A DNA stretch of 50,565 nucleotides from Rickettsiales bacterium (GTDB taxonomy: Bacteria; Pseudomonadota; Alphaproteobacteria; Rs-D84): the NCBI GenBank assembly GCA_031256175.1, contig JAIRRC010000016.1, positions 1 to 50,565 on the forward strand. The letters run 5' to 3'. A program made the position numbers and the translations under genes. Shown piece after piece: positions 27,787-37,626 of this stretch; position 1 is the stretch's first letter, and the number at the start of each line of letters is the position of its first letter. The notes below the pieces were generated by a model. It was not told the origin of the DNA. It saw only the letters and a list, made by a program, of their open reading frames with translations, and did no database searches.

Positions 27787-29145
27787 ATGATAAAGCTTTA
27801 CAACACCATGAGCCGCAAAGCCGAAGAGTTCGAACCTATAAAACCGGGCGAAGTATCGATTTATTCCTGCGGGCCGACCGTCTACCATTACGCGCACCTT
27901 GGCAACCACAGGACGAACATCAACAACGACGTCCTGCGCCGGATGTTCCGCGCGCACGGATTCGAGGTCAAATCCACCATGAACATAACCGACGTAGGGC
28001 ACCTTGTGTCGGACGAGGACACAGGCGAAGACAAGATGCAAAAGGGCGCCCGCCGCGAAGGCAAGACCGCCTGGGACGTGGCCGAATTCTACACAGCCGC
28101 GTTCTTGCGGGACATGAAGGACCTTAACATCCTCGCGCCGACTTTCATGCCGCGCGCGACCGACTACATCATGCAGCAAATCGCATGGGTCAAAAAACTG
28201 GAAGAGCTGGGCTATACATACAGAATAGAAGGCGACGGGATTTATTACGACACTTCGAAATTCCCGGATTATGGAAAGCTCGGCCATCAGAACCTTGACG
28301 AGCTGCGCGGCGGCGCGCGGGTCAGCGACGCGGGCAAAAAAAATCCGGCCGATTTCGCCCTTTGGAAATTTTCGCCATTGGACGCCAAGCGCGACATGGA
28401 ATGGGACAGCCCGTGGGGCAAGGGATTTCCCGGCTGGCACATCGAATGCAGCGTCATGAGCGCGGAAACCCTGGGCAAGCATTTCGACATACACACCGGC
28501 GGCGTCGACCATATCAAGGTTCACCATACGAACGAAATCGCCCAGTCCGAGCCTGTCGTCGGCGCGCCCTGGGTGAATTACTGGATGCACTTCGAATTCC
28601 TTAACGACAAGACCGGAAAAATGAGCAAGTCGAAGGGCAATTTTTTGATAGTCGATTCCTTGAAGGCGAAAGGCTTTGAGCCGATAGCCTACCGCTATCT
28701 GGTTCTGATGGGGCATTACCAAAGCCAGATGGAATTTTCGTGGGAAGCGCTGGACGCCGCACAAAACGGATATAATAATTTAATAAAGAAAATTTCCATG
28801 TTAAAGCCGTCGGGCGAAGCGAAAGCGGATGAATATAAAAACAAATTATTAAACATCATTTCGAACAATCTGGATACGGCGAACGTTCTGGTCGCGGTGC
28901 AGGAACTTTTGAAGTCGAACGAATCGGACGCAACAAAATTCGAAGCCATCCGGTTCGCGGACGAACTGCTGGGCTTGCGTATAATCGAAAACGCGAAAAA
29001 ATCCGTTGTGGCGATTACTCCGGAAATCCAGGCTTTGCTTGACGCTCGCGCGGCGGCGCGTGCGGACAAGGACTGGGCAAGGTCGGATAAGCTTCGCGAC
29101 GAGCTGGCGGCGATGGGGTTCGCGGTCAATGACCAAAAGCTATAA
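27787..29145 (+). CDS. cysS: Cysteine-tRNA ligase
   Basis: YSCGPTVY, HLGN, GFPGWHIECS, DIHTGGVDH...HHTNEIAQ, KMSKS. Confidence 0.98.
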   Translation: MIKLYNTMSRKAEEFEPIKPGEVSIYSCGPTVYHYAHLGNHRTNINNDVLRRMFRAHGFEVKSTMNITDVGHLVSDEDTGEDKMQKGARREGKTAWDVAEFYTAAFLRDMKDLNILAPTFMPRATDYIMQQIAWVKKLEELGYTYRIEGDGIYYDTSKFPDYGKLGHQNLDELRGGARVSDAGKKNPADFALWKFSPLDAKRDMEWDSPWGKGFPGWHIECSVMSAETLGKHFDIHTGGVDHIKVHHTNEIAQSEPVVGAPWVNYWMHFEFLNDKTGKMSKSKGNFLIVDSLKAKGFEPIAYRYLVLMGHYQSQMEFSWEALDAAQNGYNNLIKKISMLKPSGEAKADEYKNKLLNIISNNLDTANVLVAVQELLKSNESDATKFEAIRFADELLGLRIIENAKKSVVAITPEIQALLDARAAARADKDWARSDKLRDELAAMGFAVNDQKL

Positions 29146-29228
29146 AGTCTTCCCCATGCCTGCGCTTCGCTCCGCTTGCTCGCCATGGGGGCCCCGGGCC
29201 CCAAAGGGGCCAAAAAAGAGATTATTTG

Positions 29229-30368
29229 ATGAAGGTTTATGATTTAATAATAATAGGGGCAGGGGCGGCGGGGCTTTGTGCCGCGCGCGCCGCGCTGGCC
29301 CGCGCGCGCAGCGTTCTGGTTCTGGACATGGGCGAAAAGCCCCTGCGAAAAGTCGCTGTGTCCGGCGGCGGGCGCTGCAATTTCACGAACCTTGCGGCGG
29401 ATTCTTCAAGATATTTCGGCCAGAATCCCGACTTCGCAAAATCCGCATTGTCCCGCGTGAAACCGGGAGATATTTTGGACTGGGCTGGCAAACACGGGAT
29501 AAAATATATAGAGAAAGCGCCCGGGCAGTTCTTTTGCAAGGACGGCGCCGAAGTTTTCGTCAAAGCCATGCTTGCAGACGTTCGCGGCGCGGACATTGTT
29601 TTGAACGCGAAGGTTATGGATGTTGAAAAGAAGGACGATGAATTTTTGGTTTATACAAAGGACGAGGTTCCCGCTTTCGCGGGGACGACATTGGTGGTGG
29701 CGACGGGCGGGGTTGGTTTTCCGAACCTTGGCGTGTCGGATTTCGGGATGCAAGTCGCGAAAAAGTTCGGGCACAAAATCGTGCCGCCGCAGCCCGGTTT
29801 GGTCGCCTTGAAAACGGACGCGTTTCCCGCGGAATTGTCAGGGCTCGCCTTGCCAGTTGAAATAAATGGAATAAAAGATTCATTGCTGTTCACGCATTTC
29901 GGAATCGGCGGGCCCGCGGCGTATCGCGCGTCCATGCTGGACCTTTCAAAGGGCGTTCGCATAAATTTCATGCCGAATATGGACGCCTTCGCGTTCCTTA
30001 AAAACGCGAAAAAGACCGATGGAAAAAAGCAGGCCGCGACGATTTTAAGCGCGGTTCTTCCAGGGAAACTGGCGAAATGGATTTGCCCCGAAGACAAGCG
30101 GATTGCCGATTATAAGGATGCGGAACTGGAAGCGTTCGCGAAAAATATAAACGACTTCGCGGTTCCGGCGGTCAAAGCGCGCGGGTTCGAAAGCAGCGAG
30201 GTCATGCGCGGCGGCGTTTCGACCGATGAAGTTTCTTCGAAGACTTTCGAATCGAAATTATGCCCCGGGCTTTATTTCGCGGGCGAGGTTTTGGATATAA
30301 CCGGAGATTTAGGCGGGTTCAATCTTCACTGGGCCTTCGCCAGCGGCCTTATTGCAGGAGCTTTTTGA
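29229..30368 (+). CDS. HI0933/BaiN-family flavoprotein
   Basis: IIGAGAAG, KVAVSGGGRCNFTN, VVATGG, LFTHFGIGGPA, GLYFAGEVLDITGDLGGFNL. Confidence 0.95.
   Translation: MKVYDLIIIGAGAAGLCAARAALARARSVLVLDMGEKPLRKVAVSGGGRCNFTNLAADSSRYFGQNPDFAKSALSRVKPGDILDWAGKHGIKYIEKAPGQFFCKDGAEVFVKAMLADVRGADIVLNAKVMDVEKKDDEFLVYTKDEVPAFAGTTLVVATGGVGFPNLGVSDFGMQVAKKFGHKIVPPQPGLVALKTDAFPAELSGLALPVEINGIKDSLLFTHFGIGGPAAYRASMLDLSKGVRINFMPNMDAFAFLKNAKKTDGKKQAATILSAVLPGKLAKWICPEDKRIADYKDAELEAFAKNINDFAVPAVKARGFESSEVMRGGVSTDEVSSKTFESKLCPGLYFAGEVLDITGDLGGFNLHWAFASGLIAGAF
29664..29689. repeat. REP-like palindrome embedded in frame in the flavoprotein gene
   Basis: TTCCCGC-TTTC-GCGGGGACGAC, 18/22 match to the core of 41559..41584; encodes VPAFAGTT. 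Confidence 0.55.
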
Positions 30369-30963
30369 TTTTGGATTCCAATAAATCGCGCTCGCCTTTG
30401 CAATTTTCGAAATAGCCTTCGACTTTTCCGATTTGTTTCCCGTCCCGGAAAAGCACCAATGCGGGCAATTCCGAAACGCCAAGCCCGGCCAGCAATTCGT
30501 CCGACGGCGACATCACTTTTATATGCGTCCATTTGTCGCGGCTTCCGAACAATTCGCCAAGCGGCACCGACATCAGCAGACAGCGAATCAAATCTTCCTT
30601 GTTCAATTCCATAACGACCAAACCCGGCGTCTTTTCGGCAAGCGCCATCGCGTCTTCGGACGCGGTGTCCTTCGTAAGCGCGAAATCGCCGCCGTATCTG
30701 TCCACGAATAAATCCTCGGCCCGGCGCGGGTCGTCCGCGATTTCCCGCGCGATTCGCTTTTCTTCCGCGGCGTCGCGCGCAAGCCTTATCGCCTGGGCTA
30801 TCGGGCATTCCTTTTCGCAAGCGCCGCATCCGATACATTTTTCCGCATCGTGTCCGATGCGTCCGTTGGCGGCGTCCCAGAACATCGCGCCGGTCGGGCA
30901 GACCCGGATTCCGCCGCAAGCGGGCGACATGTCGCAGACTTTATGGTTTATGAAAACTTTCAT
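30349..30963 (-). CDS. 4Fe-4S ferredoxin domain fused to a thioredoxin-like domain
   Basis: CDMSPACGGIRVCP and CIGCGACEKECP; C-terminal LPALVLFRDGKQIGKVEG (Trx-like), no CxxC. Confidence 0.8.
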   Translation of the reverse strand: MKVFINHKVCDMSPACGGIRVCPTGAMFWDAANGRIGHDAEKCIGCGACEKECPIAQAIRLARDAAEEKRIAREIADDPRRAEDLFVDRYGGDFALTKDTASEDAMALAEKTPGLVVMELNKEDLIRCLLMSVPLGELFGSRDKWTHIKVMSPSDELLAGLGVSELPALVLFRDGKQIGKVEGYFENCKGERDLLESKIKKLLQ

Positions 30964-30965
30964 TG

Positions 30966-31181
30966 TTATCTTCCGTAATATTCGTTGAACGCTTTGATGG
31001 CTTCGCGCAACTTTGGCGACATCGGCATGTTTCCGTTCAGGACGAATTCTTTTACTATCGGTCCGCCGCGTTCGTCAAGCTTGTTGGTCAATACGAAATT
31101 TTTCGGGAAGGCGGCGGCAAGCGCTTCGATGGATTCTTTTTCTTCGCGCAGTTGCTCGCGGGTTTTGAGGACTTTTATCAT
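30966..31181 (-). CDS. Small hypothetical protein
   Basis: 71 aa; AAGGA ribosome-binding site; TTGAAT-N16-TATTAT upstream (31227..31200); ends 2 nt before the next start codon. Confidence 0.7.
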   Translation of the reverse strand: MIKVLKTREQLREEKESIEALAAAFPKNFVLTNKLDERGGPIVKEFVLNGNMPMSPKLREAIKAFNEYYGR

Positions 31182-31228
31182 GTCGTTTTCCTTTGAGGGA
31201 TAATACCCGACGGCGCCTTAAATTCAAG

Positions 31229-31392
31229 AAAAAAATCTCCCGGCTTTTGGCCGGGATACAAAGCATTCATAGAAGGAGGAAGGAAAGGAGAAACGAACGC
31301 TTTAAGCTTTTGGTTCCCCGGGGCCTAGAGGAGAGAGAATGTAGGAGGGAGTCTAGTTCCCCAGGGAATGCCTTGAGGTTTCCCTCTCGACA
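31229..31392 (-). ncRNA. Candidate sRNA with two C/U-rich anti-Shine-Dalgarno loops
   Basis: Strong promoter, two stems with 22- and 24-nt pyrimidine loops each containing CCUCCU, intrinsic terminator, no credible ORF. Confidence 0.75.
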
Positions 31393-31398
31393 TTGACA

Positions 31399-31427
31399 AA
31401 TATAGCGACACTTCTTCCATTTGTCAA
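31399..31427 (-). promoter_or_regulatory. Sigma70-type promoter of the candidate sRNA
   Basis: Minus strand TTGACA (31427..31422)-N17-TATATT (31404..31399). Confidence 0.8.
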
Positions 31428-31739
31428 GCGTGTTTTACAAAATTTATTATTTGTGTCCGAAATCGAGCTAAAGCGGCAAGTTTCCTTTGAAAATAGCTGA
31501 TTTTTTAATTTTTGCTTGGAATTCTATCGGCTTTCGTATATAATATAAATGCATTGAAAAGATGCCGAGAAATGAAAATTCTCGCTATTATTGCGCTCGG
31601 ATAGGCGCAGACAAATATATCCCGCTGACCGGCGGGATTGCGCTTGTTATATATTGAAGACCGGCGCTGTCGTATAATAGCGATATTTTCATAGTCCCGC
31701 CGACTTTTGCAATGTGATATGCAATGCAAGAGAGAAAAC

Positions 31740-32117
31740 ATGAAAATCATTCCGATAATCATCGCCGCAGCCTCTATTTGCCTGGCTGCGCCGTCATTCG
31801 CCGACGAACCGAAATCCGAAGCCGACTGCCCGGACAATTATTTCTTTTACAGGCAAGCATCGGGCAGGACGGCCGTCGGCAAATGCGCCGAAGCATGCCC
31901 GGCGGGCAGGGTTTGCAGACAGAACGACAGGCTTGCGGTTCGAATCGAAAAATTCGAAAGGGAAGCGGGCGTTATAATATCGCGGCTGGACGAGGCGAAT
32001 GCCGAAGCTCAGCCGGAAATATTCGACGAATATATAGAGCGGCGCAGCGATTTCATACTGGAAATGAGGAAAGACTTCGACATCGACCTTTCCGACGCGC
32101 CGGATTTCGCCTATTAA
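31740..32117 (+). CDS. Secreted hypothetical protein with four Cys
   Basis: Signal peptide MKIIPIIIAAASICLAAPSFA; CPDNY...CAEACPAGRVC; ATG 31740. Confidence 0.7.
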   Translation: MKIIPIIIAAASICLAAPSFADEPKSEADCPDNYFFYRQASGRTAVGKCAEACPAGRVCRQNDRLAVRIEKFEREAGVIISRLDEANAEAQPEIFDEYIERRSDFILEMRKDFDIDLSDAPDFAY

Positions 32118-32461
32118 ACCAATTTTCTTCCGGCAAGGATATGCGCGTGGAAGTGCGGGACTTCCTGGCCGTGCGACTCGCCCGTATTAACGAAAACATT
32201 AAACCCGTCGGTTTCCGCTATCTCGGCGACGTCGGCGACCAATTTCCAGAAACCTATTTGCTCCGCTTCCGGCGCGTCCTTTATAAAATGATAAATGTTC
32301 GAATACGCGCCTTTCGGGACCACGAGCGCATGGAACGGCGCTTTGGGATGTATGTCCTTGAACGCCAGGGCGAATTTATTCTCGGTTATTTTCGCCGCCG
32401 GGATTTCGCCGCGCAGGATTTTCGCGAAAATATTGTCGTCGTCGTAAGTTTTGCAAATCAT
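32114..32461 (-). CDS. HIT family (HinT-like) nucleotide hydrolase
   Basis: [36 protein letters not shown] histidine triad. Confidence 0.95.
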   Translation of the reverse strand: MICKTYDDDNIFAKILRGEIPAAKITENKFALAFKDIHPKAPFHALVVPKGAYSNIYHFIKDAPEAEQIGFWKLVADVAEIAETDGFNVFVNTGESHGQEVPHFHAHILAGRKLV

Positions 32462-32531
32462 AACCGCCCCCTTGAAATTTCGAGATTATACATTATTATA
32501 TGGACGGAAAGGTTTATTACAAGGAGAAAAC

Positions 32532-34438
<1,907 letters not shown>

Positions 34439-34446
34439 GGGCGGAT

Positions 34447-34941
34447 ATGACGCGCGGAATCCTTGTATATCCGGGGCTTGGCAAATCGACGCTTTGCGCG
34501 GCCAATCCGAAATTCGAAGATTTCGAAACGCGCATATTCAAGGATATGAATCTGAAAGAATTCATCGGCAGGGACGACTATCCGAACTTTCGCGGAACGC
34601 CGCTTGGCCCGATGAATCCGGATTTTCCGGACAATATGATAGAATATGCGCGGCGCGAATTGGCGGCCGGAAGAATTCTGCTAACTGTTCCGAAAAAGGA
34701 CACTTATGACGCCTGCCGCATGCTTGGCATAGACGATTATGTGTTCGTGATGCCCGACCGGGAAAGGTTGGCGCAGCTGGAACAGGACTATATCGCCCGC
34801 GGCGACGGCGCGAAATACATAGCGGACAATCTGGCCAAAAGATACGATGAAACATTGGAATATGCGAAGGCGAACGGCAAGAAAGTCGTCTTCCTAAAAC
34901 CCGGCGAATACCTGGGCGACATCGTCGAAAACTTAATATAA
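34447..34941 (+). CDS. Hypothetical P-loop nucleotide-kinase-like protein
   Basis: VYPGLGKST Walker A; FPDNMIEY and YIARGDGAKYI mirror the 6778..7281 product. Confidence 0.75.
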   Translation: MTRGILVYPGLGKSTLCAANPKFEDFETRIFKDMNLKEFIGRDDYPNFRGTPLGPMNPDFPDNMIEYARRELAAGRILLTVPKKDTYDACRMLGIDDYVFVMPDRERLAQLEQDYIARGDGAKYIADNLAKRYDETLEYAKANGKKVVFLKPGEYLGDIVENLI

Positions 34942-34952
34942 AAAATCCGCTA

Positions 34953-35450
34953 TTATAACCGCTTCCTGTAATACAGCACCAGGACAGGTTCGTCTTCCGG
35001 AGAATACTTTTCCTTGTTCCACATGATGAATTCCGTGAAACCCAAATGGAAATAAATTTGCATATTTTTGACATCTTTCGGTTCGACGCCGATTGTTAAA
35101 TTTTTTATTCCGTGCCCCAAGGCCCATGCTTCTGCGAATCGGACAAGGCCGCTTGCTATGCCTTTGCCTTGATATTTCTCATCGACCCTTAAAGCACAGA
35201 CGTTCGCAGTATCTTTATTTGCAAGACTGCCATTGCCGTTAAGCTGTCCGCTTGCCGGGTCCAGAGCCAAGGTTCCCACGCCGACAATGTCTTCTTTGTC
35301 CAAGGCGCAGAAAGTCTTAATCAAGCCGTTCCGATTTTCAAGGATGGAGCGTTTTTTCCATGCGGACCACCTGTCGTCGCCTGCATTCTCGGCAATATCC
35401 TTATCCCATCTAAGTTCCAAATCTTGAAGGCTTGCTTCTTTACAGACCAT
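34953..35450 (-). CDS. GNAT family N-acetyltransferase
   Basis: LRVDEKYQGKGIASGL motif A; FYFHLGF-like motif B. Confidence 0.9.
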   Translation of the reverse strand: MVCKEASLQDLELRWDKDIAENAGDDRWSAWKKRSILENRNGLIKTFCALDKEDIVGVGTLALDPASGQLNGNGSLANKDTANVCALRVDEKYQGKGIASGLVRFAEAWALGHGIKNLTIGVEPKDVKNMQIYFHLGFTEFIMWNKEKYSPEDEPVLVLYYRKRL

Positions 35451-35474
35451 AATACTAAATCCCTTTTCCCGCCA

Positions 35475-36233
35475 TTACAATTGTTTTCGGACAATCCAGA
35501 AAATGGTGTCTGCGGAAAACTCCCTGACCGCATCGCTTTCATCGGCGAAGTCAGGACGATACGCGTGTTCCATTATTTCAAAATTTCCGCGCTTTAAGAA
35601 TTCTTTCACTTCGTCCATGCTTGGAATATGGATTATATTCAAAACCGCATCCGGCGTGTCTTCCGGATAAAGCCGGTCGCCGAACTTTTCAAGACGCGGG
35701 TCTTGGGTCCCATTTTCAAAACGCGTTTTTTGCTCTGCCCAGAATTCGGCATGCTTTCCGTTTTCATCGCGCTTATGCGCGGTGAAAATGAATTTTCCCC
35801 CCGGTTTCAACACGCGGCGGACTTCATCCAACACCTTGTCGCGGTTTTTCTGTTCGGGAATGCACATCAGGCCGTTGAACGAAAACACCGCAACGTCGAA
35901 GGAATCGCCGTCAAAAGGCAGACTGCGCGCGTCGCCCTGCATAAACTCGATGGCGAGATTATGTTCGCGCGAGTAGTTTTTCGCGAATTCGACAAATCTG
36001 TCCGACAAATCCAACCCGACGATATCTTCATATCCCAGCTTGAATAGATTGATTGTTGTGCGCCCGCAGCCGCAACCGAGGTCCAAAATCCTATCGGTTT
36101 TATTTATATGCTTTTCAAATATAATTTTTTCGGATTTCCACAGACCAATTTTTTCAACCGCCTCGCCATAATGAGCTATGTTCGCATCGGTTTCATAATG
36201 GTTTTTAGTGGTTTCGATTGTTATTTTGCCCAT
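35475..36233 (-). CDS. Class I SAM-dependent methyltransferase
   Basis: ILDLGCGCGR, GLDLS, GDARSLPF..SFDV, VLKPGG. Confidence 0.92.
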   Translation of the reverse strand: MGKITIETTKNHYETDANIAHYGEAVEKIGLWKSEKIIFEKHINKTDRILDLGCGCGRTTINLFKLGYEDIVGLDLSDRFVEFAKNYSREHNLAIEFMQGDARSLPFDGDSFDVAVFSFNGLMCIPEQKNRDKVLDEVRRVLKPGGKFIFTAHKRDENGKHAEFWAEQKTRFENGTQDPRLEKFGDRLYPEDTPDAVLNIIHIPSMDEVKEFLKRGNFEIMEHAYRPDFADESDAVREFSADTIFWIVRKQL

Positions 36234-36298
36234 TTACGGCCCTTTCGTATTTTTACGATTATAGCAAGCGATTCCCGCAAGTCCAACGAAAAAGCCAC

Positions 36299-36330
36299 TT
36301 GACATTATTGACGGGGGGGGGGGGTAGACT
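36299..36330 (+). promoter_or_regulatory. Promoter with a G12 homopolymer in the -35/-10 spacer (candidate phase-variable)
   Basis: TTGACA-TTATTGAC-G12-TAGACT upstream of the beta-barrel gene. Confidence 0.7.
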
Positions 36331-36392
36331 GCTAGGAAAATATGCGCACAGCCGCGCGTATTCGCTTGTAAAACAAACAAAAGGATAAAAAT

Positions 36393-37037
36393 ATGAAAAA
36401 ACTGCTTCTAATATCAACGGCGCTGACCGCGGTTTCTAGCGGCGCTTTCGCTTTTGAAACCAATATCGGCGACATTTCGCCGTATGTTTCCGGCCGAATC
36501 GGCCTCCAAATTCTAACCGCCGATGGCGCTGACCAGTCGGCTACCGGAAGCGTCAAGGCCGGCGCAATCGGCGCGCGCTGGAAGGGCGAAGAATTAAACC
36601 TTCGCGGCGAATTCGAATTCTCGAACGGGACATACGTCAACTATGGCGAGGACGCGGACATAGTCAACGGAAGCAATGTCGTTATCGGGCACGTCAGCTT
36701 TCCCGAAGAGTATAAGATGAACACTTATATGCTGAACGCCTATGCCGACTTCTTCACGAACTATAAGATAAAGCCGTATGTCGGCGCCGGTATCGGCGCG
36801 GCTTCGACCGACGTCAAATTATGGGTGGAAGAAAGAATCGGAAGCCTTGACATGGTAAAAATCCCGGTCGCGGAATTTTCCAAAAACTCGTTCATCTACG
36901 GCATATACGGCGGAATCGGATTCGACGTGATAACCGGCCTGGCGGTGGATTTGGGCGTGCGCTACAACGCCTTCACGATAGAAAAAGTCGATTTGTCGAT
37001 GGTGTCCGTCAATGCCGGCGCCCGGCTGACGTTCTAA
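36393..37037 (+). CDS. Outer-membrane beta-barrel protein (opacity/OmpA-transmembrane-like)
   Basis: Signal peptide; LRGEFEFS, YMLNAYADF..IKPYVGAGIG, VDLGVRY; C-terminal Phe. Confidence 0.85.
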   Translation: MKKLLLISTALTAVSSGAFAFETNIGDISPYVSGRIGLQILTADGADQSATGSVKAGAIGARWKGEELNLRGEFEFSNGTYVNYGEDADIVNGSNVVIGHVSFPEEYKMNTYMLNAYADFFTNYKIKPYVGAGIGAASTDVKLWVEERIGSLDMVKIPVAEFSKNSFIYGIYGGIGFDVITGLAVDLGVRYNAFTIEKVDLSMVSVNAGARLTF

Positions 37038-37065
37038 GCCGAATATCCATAAACCGGCATGCCGA

Positions 37066-37095
37066 AACCCCTGTCTATTATAATAGACAGGGGTT
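37066..37095. terminator. Perfect 30-bp palindrome between convergent genes
   Basis: AACCCCTGTCTATTA|TAATAGACAGGGGTT. Confidence 0.7.
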
Positions 37096-37114
37096 ATTTA
37101 TTACTTAGATGGCC

Positions 37115-37624
37115 CTAGTCAGCCCGACCATGACAATAAGAAAAAAAGGGCTTTTTTTGTGCGGTTATTTCTGTGAAGTCTTCGTCATCTTGCATGGGTT
37201 CGAAGAGTTTGAAGTTTTCTTTCCATCTTTCCGGCGAATAAAAATGCCCCGGGTTCGACTTGTTGCGCGCCATCAGGTTTTCCAAGGCCTTTTCCGGCGA
37301 GCATTTTATGCTGTAATATTTGCAGTTGGCGCCCAGCGACGCGGCCCAGGCCCTGTTCGAATCCCTTGTTTCGCGTTTCCAGGAACCGGCGTCGAAAATC
37401 ACGTCCCGGCCGGATTTCACGAGTTGTTCGGTTTTTTCTTTCGCGATTTCGAATAATTTTTTGCGTGCTTCTTTGTCCAATCCGATGGCGGGTTTGCCGC
37501 TGTTAAGTTCCGCATGAAGCTTGTCTGTGCGGATTATCGGCGCGTCGATTTCCTGCGCAAGCGCCGCCGCAAATTCGCTTTTACCGAAAGCGACAAATCC
37601 GTGCAAGAAATGTATAGTCGGCAT
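37115..37624 (-). CDS. AAA_33-like predicted kinase
   Basis: LHGFVAFGKS Walker A; IRTD; VIFDAG..KRETR; RN lid. Confidence 0.8.
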   Translation of the reverse strand: MPTIHFLHGFVAFGKSEFAAALAQEIDAPIIRTDKLHAELNSGKPAIGLDKEARKKLFEIAKEKTEQLVKSGRDVIFDAGSWKRETRDSNRAWAASLGANCKYYSIKCSPEKALENLMARNKSNPGHFYSPERWKENFKLFEPMQDDEDFTEITAQKKPFFSYCHGRAD

Positions 37625-37626
37625 GT

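Noticed and set aside
31229-31392. Candidate sRNA as 6S, SRP, tmRNA or RNase P RNA, or the + strand 67-aa ORF 31193..31396
   Set aside because: No long 6S-type rod with central bubble, no SRP GGAA domain, no tRNA-like ends, no GAGGAAAGUCC. The ORF is low-complexity and opposes the promoter and terminator.
31562-31657. Tiny ORFs MKILAIIALG (31572..31604) and a 31-aa ORF in the AT-rich intergenic gap
   Set aside because: No clear ribosome-binding site or homology evidence; cannot be supported from sequence alone.
32462-32531. CIRCE/HrcA operator upstream of groES
   Set aside because: No TTAGCACTC-N9-GAGTGCTAA; only a TTGAAA-N16-TATTAT-like promoter is visible.
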